This document shows positions 8,933-17,570 of a stretch of 50,745 bases of DNA, piece by piece. The DNA is from Chthonomonadaceae bacterium. Its GTDB lineage: Bacteria; Armatimonadota; Chthonomonadetes; Chthonomonadales; Chthonomonadaceae. Location: the NCBI GenBank assembly GCA_035650735.1, contig DASRGZ010000118.1, forward strand, positions 1-50,745, written 5' to 3'. Position numbers and translations under genes: made by a program. How positions within the stretch are numbered: position 1 is the stretch's first letter; every line of letters starts with the position of its first letter. The notes beneath the pieces are model-generated. The model had not been told where the DNA came from. It saw only the letters and a program-made list of their open reading frames with translations, and did no database searches.

Positions 8933-10729
8933 TCAGGCTAACGCCGCTGTGAGCGCCGGGCGGATCGCCGCAAAGGAGGGGATGGCCCGCACCACACGCA
9001 GCCGCTCCTGCACAAACGCCTCCGCTTCCGCGCGCCGCCCCAGCGCCACCAGGACGGTCGCCAACTCCGGCCAGGCCTCATAGGCCAGGGGCATCACCGC
9101 CAGTCCTTCGCGATAGCAGAGGACGGCCTCCTCCAGACGGCCCGTCATCGCCGTGCAGCGCGCCAGCCGCAGCAACGCCTCGCCGTTCTGCGGCAAATCT
9201 TGCGCGGCGGCGAGAGCCTGCCGATACGCTTCCTCGCGCTGATCGTTGGCCAGAGCCAGATCGCTCAGCATGGAACGGCAGCGCCAGGCGATCCCTGCCC
9301 GCTTTCCCCGCGCCCACTCCTCCGTATCCACCCCGCGCGCCAAATAGACCCCCTCGATATAGCTGTCAAAGCTATCGCTCCAGCGCGGATAGCCGAACCC
9401 CTCGATAGCCGTAAAGGAGGCCGTTCCGCCCTCCTGCGCCAACGATTTCTCGCAGCGCTCCGCAGCCGCTACCAGCGCTAGCGCCGCCTCCGCGATGTCG
9501 TTTCTGCCGACCGGGGGCTTGCCCTGCGCGGCCTCGGCCCGCTCCAGGAGCAGAAAGGCCAGCGTCATCTGCGCCACCGCGTTGTCCGGCGCGGCCTGCA
9601 CCGCCTGCCGCGCATGGCGCAGCGCCTCGGTAAACATAGGGATTTTCTGCCCGGCGGGAAGGTAGTGCGCCACCCATCCGCAGAGCGCCGCGCGCGCCTC
9701 CTCCAGCCGCGCCCGGTCGTAGCCCTCCCGCTCCGCCTCCTCCAACAGCGCCAGCGCGGAGGAAGCCGACGCCGGCAGCGCGCAGGAGAACATCTGCAGC
9801 GCCTTGCGGACATGGCGCTCGGCGCGCGGCAGGCGGGCGCTCGGACGGTAGCCCGCTTTGTCAAGGTTGGCCTCGATCAGGGCGAACAGGGAGTTGGCGT
9901 GCGCCTCCTCCGTATGCTGCGCCAGAATACGCTCTCGCGCCGCCTCCACGATGCGCCGCCGCTCCTCCTCGTGAGTCAGGTAATACTCTAGCAGCGCCTC
10001 GAAGTTGTCGGCGTTGTAGTAGACGCAGTGAACGCGGTCCTCAAAAATCTCCCGCGTCTCCTCGCCCTCTTCCTCGTTAAACACCAGCGCCCCACAGGCC
10101 GAGCCATCGTAGGCGCGCTGGTTAGTGCAGCCGTTGACGCTGCGGTTGAAGACGATTTTGGCCCGGTTGGTCAGGCGGACGTAGTCCTCGCCGTAGTGCC
10201 CCATGGCGACAACGACCCGGTACTTGTCCGACAGCCGCGCCAGCCGGTCCACCCACCGGTTGCGCTCGCCCCATACCGCCGCGTTGAGCGAGCCGATGAA
10301 GAGGACATCAATATCCTTCTCTACCTCCGGCAGAATACGATGTAGCTGCGGGTTGGCGCCCCAGAACCGGGCAAACTTCGCGTTGGCGTAGCCGCTAGCC
10401 TCCAGCAGCGCGCAGGCGTTGCGCTCGGTGGTGATGAGGTCGAAGAAGCCGGCGCCCGCCCAGACCGCACGCCCGCCGCGATGCCAGTCCTGGATATTGG
10501 TGGCCGTCAGCCCCTCAAACTCCTTGATGTCGGTTGGGATGGGAAAGTGGACGAGGCTGGCGTGGTAATAGACATCCGGCTTCCATCCCGGCGGGCACTG
10601 CTCCAGCATCTCGGCGATGGTGGCGGGAGGTCCCTGTCCGTCCTTGCGGTAGCGCACGACGCGCACATCATACCGGCGTGTGTCGTAGGCGGAAAGCTCG
10701 TAATCTTGGTGTCCGACGAGAATACGCAT
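8933..10729 (-). CDS. Glycosyltransferase (CgeB/Glyco_trans_1_2-like, GT-B) with C-terminal TPR-like repeats, paralog 1
   Basis: DIDVLFIG, YVRLTNRAKIVFNRS, NQRAYDGSACGAL; colinear with 6985-8751; AGGAG RBS. Confidence 0.85.
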   Translation of the reverse strand: MRILVGHQDYELSAYDTRRYDVRVVRYRKDGQGPPATIAEMLEQCPPGWKPDVYYHASLVHFPIPTDIKEFEGLTATNIQDWHRGGRAVWAGAGFFDLITTERNACALLEASGYANAKFARFWGANPQLHRILPEVEKDIDVLFIGSLNAAVWGERNRWVDRLARLSDKYRVVVAMGHYGEDYVRLTNRAKIVFNRSVNGCTNQRAYDGSACGALVFNEEEGEETREIFEDRVHCVYYNADNFEALLEYYLTHEEERRRIVEAARERILAQHTEEAHANSLFALIEANLDKAGYRPSARLPRAERHVRKALQMFSCALPASASSALALLEEAEREGYDRARLEEARAALCGWVAHYLPAGQKIPMFTEALRHARQAVQAAPDNAVAQMTLAFLLLERAEAAQGKPPVGRNDIAEAALALVAAAERCEKSLAQEGGTASFTAIEGFGYPRWSDSFDSYIEGVYLARGVDTEEWARGKRAGIAWRCRSMLSDLALANDQREEAYRQALAAAQDLPQNGEALLRLARCTAMTGRLEEAVLCYREGLAVMPLAYEAWPELATVLVALGRRAEAEAFVQERLRVVRAIPSFAAIRPALTAALA

Positions 10730-10740
10730 GACGCTCCTGC

Positions 10741-11235
10741 CTAGAGGTCAAAGGGGGGAGTGGGATCTTCCTCCTCGTCCTCTTCTCCCTCTTCCTCCAA
10801 CTCCTCCTCCAGGTCGGCGTATTCCTCGGCAACCCCCGGGGGTTCCCCTGCGCCCCCAATATCCACGGCGATGAAAAGCGCGTGGCTGATGTTCGGCCCC
10901 GGCCATTCCAGGACAGGCGCCACCGTGGGCGTCAGGCCCTCGCTCTGCGCTTCGGCGTAGCCCAGACAGATGGCATAATCCAGATGCAGCAGATCGCGCG
11001 GCGTCAGCGGGCAGGCTTCCATCTGTTCGCCAAAGCTCGCCGGCAGGTCGCCGTCGCCGTGGTTGGCGCGGGCATACTCCACCAGCAGCGGGAGGGCACG
11101 ACGGAAATAGACATGCGAGAGCGCCGGACGCAGCACCTGTCGGAAATACCGGCCGCTGCGCACCAGGCAATTATAGCCGCGTTGATAGTAACGCCAGAGC
11201 AGATCGGGTTCCAGTTCTTCTAAATGCATTGCCAT
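10741..11235 (-). CDS. Hypothetical protein with highly acidic C-terminal tail
   Basis: 164 aa from ATG 11235; ends EEYADLEEELEEEGEEDEEEDPTPPFDL; stop 11 nt before the glycosyltransferase start. Confidence 0.65.
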   Translation of the reverse strand: MAMHLEELEPDLLWRYYQRGYNCLVRSGRYFRQVLRPALSHVYFRRALPLLVEYARANHGDGDLPASFGEQMEACPLTPRDLLHLDYAICLGYAEAQSEGLTPTVAPVLEWPGPNISHALFIAVDIGGAGEPPGVAEEYADLEEELEEEGEEDEEEDPTPPFDL

Positions 11236-11297
11236 TCTATGCTCGCCCTCACCCCGGAAGACCCCACCCCCGGCCCACTGCCAGGGTCGGGCCTGAA

Positions 11298-11514
11298 GCG
11301 GCAGGCTAAACCCTGCCGCTCGGGGGCGCAAAGCGCCCGTCGCCCACCTACGTGGGCGAGACTTTCTGCCTGCGTAGGCAGCGCCCATAGAGAGGGATGG
11401 CGACGAGCCTGGTATCTCACCGGCTCTTCTGCCCACGCAGGTGGGCAAGGCTCTCTGCCTGCGTAGGCAGGCAGCGGGCCGTAGGCTCCACAGCGGCAGG
11501 GTTTAGCCTGCCGC
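11298..11514. repeat. Family B BIME/MITE-like element with inverted terminal hairpins
   Basis: GCGGCAGGCTAAACCCTGCCGCT ... AGCGGCAGGGTTTAGCCTGCCGC with internal GCCCACCTACGTGGGC and CTGCCTGCGTAGGCAG palindromes. Confidence 0.88.
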
Positions 11515-11541
11515 CAGGGGATTAGGTCCAGACGGGCCAGG

Positions 11542-13359
11542 CTAAGACAGGGGTTCGGCTTCCTTGGCCGTCGCCACCTCAACGTACTGAGCCAGCACCT
11601 TCTCCTCGTCGGCAAACGACCATGCCTCGCCGTCCTCATGAATGCTGGCCTTAAGCTCTTCCAGATCCTTGCGGATCATCATCTCCTGGATGGACTGGCC
11701 GGACGGGATCATCGGATAGACGTTCTCCTCGGTCGGGATCACGCAGTCAATCACGACTGGGCGATCCGTGACGGCTTTCGCCTTCTCCAGCACCGCGCGC
11801 AGCTCCTGCGGGTTCTGGACGCGGAACCCGACGCCGCCATATGCCTCGGCCAGCTTAACAAAGTCCGGCGAGGCTTGCAGGTCCACCGAGCTGTAGCGCT
11901 CCTTGAAGAACATCTCCTGCCACTGGCGCACCATGCCCAGCGACTTGTTGTTGATGATCACCGTGACGACGGGCAGGCCGTAGACGGTTGCGGTCATCAG
12001 CTCCTGGGTCATCATCTGGAAAGAGCCGTCGCCGGAGAGGCAGATTACGCGCTTATCGGGATGGGCGAATTGGGCGCCAATGGCGGCGGGCAGGCCGTAG
12101 CCCATTGTGCCCAGGCCCCCGGAGGTGATCCACTGGCGCGGGCGGCGGCACTTGAAGTACTGCGCGGCCCACATCTGATGCTGTCCCACATCGGTGGTCA
12201 TGATGCAATCGTGGTCAAAGATCTCGCTCACCTGCTCGATGGCATACTCGGCGTAGAGCTTGCCATCCTTGGGATAGACCAGCGGGAAGCGGCGCTTCCA
12301 CTCCATAATCTGCTCGTTCCAGGCCGACCAGGGACGCGGCGGAACGTGCTTGAGCAGTTCCGTCAGGATGACCTTCACATCCCCGACAATCGGCACCTCC
12401 GGCGCGCGGACCTTGCCGATCTCCGCCGGATCAATGTCAATGTGGATGACTCTGGCGCCGACAGCAAACTTGTCCGGGTTGCCGGTCACGCGGTCGTCGA
12501 AGCGGGCGCCGACGGCGATGAGCAGGTCGGCCTGATTGACGGCGTGGTTGGCGTAGGCGGTGCCGTGCATCCCTAACATGCCGATGCTGAGCGGGTGCGT
12601 CTCGTCAATCGCGCCCTTGCCCAACAGCGTCGTCGTCACCAGGATATTGGTCTTCTCGGCCAGGGCGGTCACCTCCGCCTGCGCGTCGGAGAGGATGGCC
12701 CCGCCGCCCACGTAGAGGACGGGCCGCTCCGCCTCGGCGATAAGCTGCGCCGCCTTGCGGATCTGCAAGTCGGGAATGCGTCCCTGCGGCCCCGCAGGCC
12801 GGTAGGAAGGAATGGCGACCTGTTTCGGATAGTCCGTCTCCGCGTTGAACTCGATCTTATTGTCGCCCACGTCGCGTGGGATGTCCACCAGCACCGGGCC
12901 GGGACGGCCTGTGCGGGCGATATAGAACGCCTCGGCTATCGTCTCGGCCAGGTCTTCCACGCGCTTGACCAGGAAGTTGTGCTTGGTGATGGGCATGGTG
13001 ATGCCGGTGATGTCGGCTTCCTGGAACGCATCCTTGCCGATGGCGGCGGTTTTGACCTGCCCGGTGATGGCGACGATGGGAATGGAGTCCATATAGGCGG
13101 TGGCGATGCCGGTGACCAGGTTGGTCGCGCCCGGCCCGCTGGTAGCCAGGCAGACGCCGACCTTGCCGGTGGCGCGGGCGAACCCATCGGCCATGTGCGC
13201 CGCGCCCTGCTCATGCCGGACGAGGATATGCTTGATGTCGTGGCAGTCGAACAGGGCGTCGTAGATAGGAAGGACCGCCCCGCCGGGATAGCCGAAGATA
13301 TGGGTGACTCCCTCTTGCCGCAAACACTCCAGCAGAATTTGCGCTCCAGATAATTTCAT
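11542..13359 (-). CDS. ilvB: Acetolactate synthase large catalytic subunit
   Basis: FGYPGGAVLP, RHEQGAAHMADG, TSGPGATN, GMLGMHG, TDVGQHQMWAAQ, SGGLGTMGYGLPAA, GDGSFQM (ThDP motif). Confidence 0.97.
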   Translation of the reverse strand: MKLSGAQILLECLRQEGVTHIFGYPGGAVLPIYDALFDCHDIKHILVRHEQGAAHMADGFARATGKVGVCLATSGPGATNLVTGIATAYMDSIPIVAITGQVKTAAIGKDAFQEADITGITMPITKHNFLVKRVEDLAETIAEAFYIARTGRPGPVLVDIPRDVGDNKIEFNAETDYPKQVAIPSYRPAGPQGRIPDLQIRKAAQLIAEAERPVLYVGGGAILSDAQAEVTALAEKTNILVTTTLLGKGAIDETHPLSIGMLGMHGTAYANHAVNQADLLIAVGARFDDRVTGNPDKFAVGARVIHIDIDPAEIGKVRAPEVPIVGDVKVILTELLKHVPPRPWSAWNEQIMEWKRRFPLVYPKDGKLYAEYAIEQVSEIFDHDCIMTTDVGQHQMWAAQYFKCRRPRQWITSGGLGTMGYGLPAAIGAQFAHPDKRVICLSGDGSFQMMTQELMTATVYGLPVVTVIINNKSLGMVRQWQEMFFKERYSSVDLQASPDFVKLAEAYGGVGFRVQNPQELRAVLEKAKAVTDRPVVIDCVIPTEENVYPMIPSGQSIQEMMIRKDLEELKASIHEDGEAWSFADEEKVLAQYVEVATAKEAEPLS

Positions 13360-13384
13360 CCGTCCCTAGCCTCCTGGGAAAATC

Positions 13385-13527
13385 TCAACAGGATTAAGCC
13401 AAAACCCTTTTAGACAGGATTAACGGGATGAGCCGGATTTCCACCCCACCACCACACAGTAACACAGGGCTTCTCTGTCTTTGTCTAATCCTGTAAATCC
13501 TGTCTCATTCTGTTCATCCTGTTGGAA
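13385..13527. repeat. Family A palindromic element, copy 3
   Basis: CAACAGGATT...ACAGGATTAACGGGAT ... AATCCTGTAAATCCTGTCTCATTCTGTTCATCCTGTTGGAA between the T-box terminator and ilvB. Confidence 0.88.
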
Positions 13528-13569
13528 AAATCAAACAGCCTCTCATCCGCAAGGGACGAGAGGCTGTTG
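13526..13569 (-). terminator. Intrinsic terminator of the T-box leader
   Basis: AACAGCCUCUC/GAGAGGCUGUU 11-bp stem followed by UGAUUUUU, mutually exclusive with the antiterminator. Confidence 0.88.
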
Positions 13570-13835
13570 CTCACGTGGTACCACCCTTGTAATCGGCGCG
13601 CGTTAACGCAACGCGAACGACGGCTGCCATCCGGCAGCCCGCCGACCACTCCTGGCGCGATATCGGGCGCCAACCGGGGAACCTAATAGAAGACAAGCCT
13701 CCCGAACACCGGAGTCCTGCTTCGTTCAGCATCCTGCTCCGAGGGGAGATTCGGCGCCGTTCCTTGCCGCCTCGCACCCCACGGCGGCTCTCTGGAAAGG
13801 AGGCCAGCGCCTACTAGCCTCATCACAGCGTTGCC
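13526..13835 (-). ncRNA. T-box riboswitch leader (transcriptional), probable Leu (CUC) specifier
   Basis: Stem I with AGUA/GAA loop, AGAGA and GGUGCGA distal motifs; T-box AAGGGUGGUACCACG (13574-13588) pairing with CGUCCCUU; terminator follows; upstream of ilvB. Confidence 0.93.
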
Positions 13836-13853
13836 AAAATTGTTGTGCCCAGT

Positions 13854-13883
13854 ATTATAGCACGGATGGCGCACGCCTGTCAA
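13854..13883 (-). promoter_or_regulatory. Sigma70-type promoter of the ilv-leu operon
   Basis: TTGACA-18 nt-TATAAT with extended -10 TG, immediately upstream of the T-box. Confidence 0.88.
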
Positions 13884-13927
13884 TGCGCCGGGCGATTTTT
13901 CTCCTCTCGGAAGCGGTAGGCGGCGGC

Positions 13928-14893
13928 TTAACGCGCCTCCTGGAATATCTCCACGGCGCCCTTGGGCGGCGCAAAGACAAAGGCCGTATCGACAATGGGG
14001 GCGTTGAGCACCGTGCCGCGATGCGTCTCTTCCAGCACATACCCGGTTCGGAACACCTGCGCGCGCGTCTTGCCGCGCCCCGGAATCGTCGCCCGCCAGA
14101 CCAATACCGCTTTGACTTTCACCAGCAAGTTCGTTCTGGGATCAATAAAGAAGGTGACTTCGCTTTTATCGGGCCTGAGATACGCAGCGGGCGCCGCTTT
14201 TTGCATCAGGTCCGGGGTGGCCCGGCCGATGACCTTGTAGGTCTTGCGCCCGTCCACGACGGCCATGCCGCTATAGCGGAACGATTGTGCCTCCACCGGC
14301 ATTCCTTTTGCCAGCAGAAAGCTCAACGGAGTGAATATCTGAAGAATCGGCACCCGCACCTCCGCCGAAGTCTTCTCGATGAGGGGTATCAGCCTGGCAT
14401 AGCTTTTCGGCGCCGTGCGCTTGGTAAAAATATTCTGCTTGCCGCTGTAGACGGTGAGCGTCCGGGTATTAGCATAGCAGACAATCGAGCCCGTGACAGG
14501 ATCCGAGGTCTCCAAAACCAGCAGGTTAGGCCGCTTGTATTTGATGGAGCTGGTCTGTAGATACTCGCCGCGTTCCGGCGTGCGGATGACGGCCTCGGCA
14601 GTCTCCTGGATGGTGCTGGCCGCATGATAAGCCGCCACCATCTTGCGCACGAGCGCGTTGGCATCCGGGCCTGAGGCGGAACCGGCCCCGGAGCGCACGG
14701 GCGCAAGCAGCGACAGCGCGCCAATCAGCAGCGCGCCGCCCACACAGCGTCTACGTCTCTCTGCCCTCTCTATGCCGCGCGGACGATCCGCAGACAGCGC
14801 GAGCCCGGTGGACTCGCTTCTCTCGATCCCTGCCCTTCGGCTCTGGGCGCAAGCCAACGGCGCGCGGAATAGGATATATCTCTCAGCCTGCAC
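13928..14893 (-). CDS. Exported LolA-like / DUF2092-like protein
   Basis: Hydrophobic signal-like segment, YKRPNLL, beta-rich core, FFIDPRTNLL, C-terminal FVFAPPKGA typical of the LolA fold; GTG 14893 after AAGGAAGGAG (start uncertain). Confidence 0.7.
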   Translation of the reverse strand: MQAERYILFRAPLACAQSRRAGIERSESTGLALSADRPRGIERAERRRRCVGGALLIGALSLLAPVRSGAGSASGPDANALVRKMVAAYHAASTIQETAEAVIRTPERGEYLQTSSIKYKRPNLLVLETSDPVTGSIVCYANTRTLTVYSGKQNIFTKRTAPKSYARLIPLIEKTSAEVRVPILQIFTPLSFLLAKGMPVEAQSFRYSGMAVVDGRKTYKVIGRATPDLMQKAAPAAYLRPDKSEVTFFIDPRTNLLVKVKAVLVWRATIPGRGKTRAQVFRTGYVLEETHRGTVLNAPIVDTAFVFAPPKGAVEIFQEAR

Positions 14894-15155
14894 AGGCGCT
14901 GCTCCTTCCTTAGACCTCACATCTTCCCTGAAATTATCGGCGCAAACGGCGCACGGGCATAGCCCCATAAGCCGTCGGCTGCCAGATGGACACGCTAGCG
15001 ATCCTCATCTCGCCGGAGCGAACTGCCGGCAATTTTAGTGATTTAGCCTGCCATATCCTCCTTAAGTCAAGGGCTTCCAGGGCCTTTCGTCGTTGGCTGC
15101 AGACAGTTATACCCCGGTTGGTCCGCTTTTCCGCGTTGTATCCTGTTGAAACTTC

Positions 15156-15184
15156 TTGACACAACTTTGGATTTATGCGAAAAT
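15156..15184 (+). promoter_or_regulatory. Possible sigma70 promoter of the GAF gene
   Basis: TTGACA-17 nt-GAAAAT with TG extension, then GAGGAGG and ATG 15208. Confidence 0.45.
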
Positions 15185-15207
15185 GGGGCCGAGGAGGGGC
15201 AAACGTT

Positions 15208-17295
15208 ATGAACCGAGCGGCCCAGCAGCGCGCCGCCATTCGCCGTCTCACGGAAGCGCTCGCCACACCGCTGCCGGCCGGCACCGTGCAGCAGATCGTC
15301 GTCGAAGAGGCCCGCCGCCTGACCAATGCCGCCAGCGCTGCGCTCTGCCTGCTGGCGGGCGGTCGGGAGTACCTGGATTTTGTCGCCGCCGCCGGCGAAA
15401 ACGCCGAGGAGATCGTGGGCCTGCGCATCCGAGTCGCCGATTCGCTTTCCGAGTCGGTGGTTGCCACCGGCCAGCCGGCCCTGCTGGATGGGCGCACGCC
15501 CATCGAAACCGGCGACTTGTTTGCAGCCGTAGACGCAGAGGGCACGCCGCCCGCCATGACGCCCCCCACGCCGGCGGCCCTCTCCCCTGCCGAGCGCCTG
15601 GCCGGAGCGCGTTCCGCCGCCATCGTCCCGGTGCGCAGAGAGGGACGTCTGATCGGCACGCTCTCCGCCCTCAACAAAGAGGGCGATGCCTCCGAGGAAG
15701 CCCCGGTTCCCGCCTTCGACGCCGACGACCTGGACACTCTGGCGATGCTGGCCGAGTTCGCCGCGCTGGCCCAGACCGTCGAGCGCACCGCCTGCACCGC
15801 CCACGAACAGGCCCGCGAACTGGCCGTCCTCTACGATGCCGCCCGCACCGTCGCCGGCAGCCTAAACGTGCAGGAGGTCATGGATAGCGTCCTCAACGCC
15901 ATCTGCACGCACCTGGAGTACCATACCGCCATCCTCTTCCTCCTCAACGACGAGCGCACGCATCTGTTTATCGCCGCCGAGCGTGGGCTGACCGAGGAGG
16001 AGCGGGAGGTTCAGCTTTCGGTGGAGACGGGCATCCCCGCGCGCGTGCTCGATAGCGGCATCCCGCGCCTGATCGCCGACACCGACCAGGAGCCCGAGTT
16101 TGAGGATATTTCCGAGCGGGCGCGCGCCCTCTCAGCCCTGATCGCGCCTATCCGCAGCCGCGACGAGACCCACGGTATTATCCTGGTCACCAGCTTGCAG
16201 CGGCACGCCTACCGTGAGGACGATCTGAAGCTGCTGGCCGCCGTCGCCCTGCAGGCCGGCATCGCCATCGAGAACGCCTGGCTCTACGAGGATGCCCAGC
16301 GGCAGGCGGAAGAGGCCGCCGCCCTCTACGACCTCTCCCAGCACGTCAACGCCACCCTCCACCTCGACCGCGTGCTCAATTTCGTGGCCGATAGCGTGCT
16401 CAATCTGCTCAAGGTAGATAAGTTTGCGCTGATGCTCTACGACAGCCGCGAGGATCGGCTGGTGACGCGCCTGGCCCGCAACGTGGACCCGGAGGTGTTC
16501 GGAGCCGTCAAGCCGCGCATGGGCCAGGGGATTGCGGGCTGGGTCTATGAGTGGCAGACGCCGCAGGCCGTCTCTGATGTCGCCGCCGACGCCCGCAACC
16601 GCAGCGCGCCCATTGACCAGGCCGGAGTCGCCTCCACGCTCTGCGTGCCCATGCACGTCGGCGAGGACGTCATCGGCGTCATTCACGCCATGAGCAGCAA
16701 GCGCCGCCTGTTCACGGTGGCCGAGATGGAACTGCTCTATACGATTGCCAATCAGGCCGCCGTCGCCATCGTCAATGCTATGCTCTACCGGGACGCACGC
16801 TCCAAGTCGCACGAGATGCGCCGCTACTTCCGCCGCATCGCCCACGCGCTCGGCTCGGCGCTGGACGAACAGGACATGCCGCGCCTGCTGGCCGATCTGG
16901 CCGTGGAAATCATGCGCGCGGACCGCTGCGCCGTCTATCGCGTCGAAGGAGAGGAGTTGCGCCTACAGGCGGCCAGCCACTTCCGCGCCGCCGTCCCGCC
17001 CGACCCCTCCGTTCCTATCGGCCAGGGGCTGTGCGGCTGGGTCGCCAAGCGCGGCCAATCGCTGGCCCTGCCCAGCTTGGAGGCGGACCCGCGCAGCCGC
17101 GCCCATGCCTGGCTCAATCGAGACCGACTGGCCTCCTACCTAGCCGTGCCGCTCAAGGCCGGGCGGCGCACCGTCGGCGTCGTCGAAATCTACACGCAGG
17201 AGCCGCGCGAGTTTAGCCAGGAGGAAGTCCAACTGCTCTCCACCTTCGCCCGCCGCGCCCGCGTCGCCGAAAAGATCGCCCTCGAAGCCGTCTGA
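15208..17295 (+). CDS. Protein made of four tandem GAF domains with no output domain
   Basis: Four repeats of S-x3-[VA]P ... G-x-[LI] ... F-x3-[DE]-x2-LL-x5-QA; GAGGAGG RBS; stops directly after the fourth GAF. Confidence 0.85.
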   Translation: MNRAAQQRAAIRRLTEALATPLPAGTVQQIVVEEARRLTNAASAALCLLAGGREYLDFVAAAGENAEEIVGLRIRVADSLSESVVATGQPALLDGRTPIETGDLFAAVDAEGTPPAMTPPTPAALSPAERLAGARSAAIVPVRREGRLIGTLSALNKEGDASEEAPVPAFDADDLDTLAMLAEFAALAQTVERTACTAHEQARELAVLYDAARTVAGSLNVQEVMDSVLNAICTHLEYHTAILFLLNDERTHLFIAAERGLTEEEREVQLSVETGIPARVLDSGIPRLIADTDQEPEFEDISERARALSALIAPIRSRDETHGIILVTSLQRHAYREDDLKLLAAVALQAGIAIENAWLYEDAQRQAEEAAALYDLSQHVNATLHLDRVLNFVADSVLNLLKVDKFALMLYDSREDRLVTRLARNVDPEVFGAVKPRMGQGIAGWVYEWQTPQAVSDVAADARNRSAPIDQAGVASTLCVPMHVGEDVIGVIHAMSSKRRLFTVAEMELLYTIANQAAVAIVNAMLYRDARSKSHEMRRYFRRIAHALGSALDEQDMPRLLADLAVEIMRADRCAVYRVEGEELRLQAASHFRAAVPPDPSVPIGQGLCGWVAKRGQSLALPSLEADPRSRAHAWLNRDRLASYLAVPLKAGRRTVGVVEIYTQEPREFSQEEVQLLSTFARRARVAEKIALEAV

Positions 17296-17433
17296 TCTCT
17301 ATCGGTCTCTCATTCCCTCCTCTACTGGTCTTTCCCCCACTTATAGGTTCCAGGGATCAGGTTTTACTCTTATTCCCTCATCTATTGGACCTACCCTTCT
17401 TGCCGCCTTTTGATGGCCTTACAAGCGACAGGG

Positions 17434-17472
17434 ACTACACCCTACGCCCTATACCCTACACCCTCGCCCTTA
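17434..17472. repeat. Heptamer tandem repeat (CCCTAYR-like)
   Basis: CTACA CCCTACG CCCTATA CCCTACA CCCTCG. Confidence 0.7.
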
Positions 17473-17491
17473 CTTGCTGCCTTCTGATGGC

Positions 17492-17521
17492 TTGACAAGC
17501 GGCGTGCGAAACCGCTACACT
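17492..17521 (+). promoter_or_regulatory. Sigma70-type promoter of the pcp-ispA-solA cluster
   Basis: TTGACA-18 nt-TACACT about 50 nt upstream of pcp. Confidence 0.65.
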
Positions 17522-17570
17522 TAACCATTCCCTGTGTTTCGGCTCCTGCCGGGAAGGACACGCGCCCGCC

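Noticed and set aside
4896..13527. CAGGAT arrays as CRISPR repeats or IS ends
   Set aside because: Units are 9-10 nt in inverted arms without unique spacers; no transposase and no clear target-site duplication
17307..17396. 30-nt repeat, 30-nt spacer, 30-nt repeat as a CRISPR array
   Set aside because: Only two units, six mismatches, non-palindromic, no cas genes in the window
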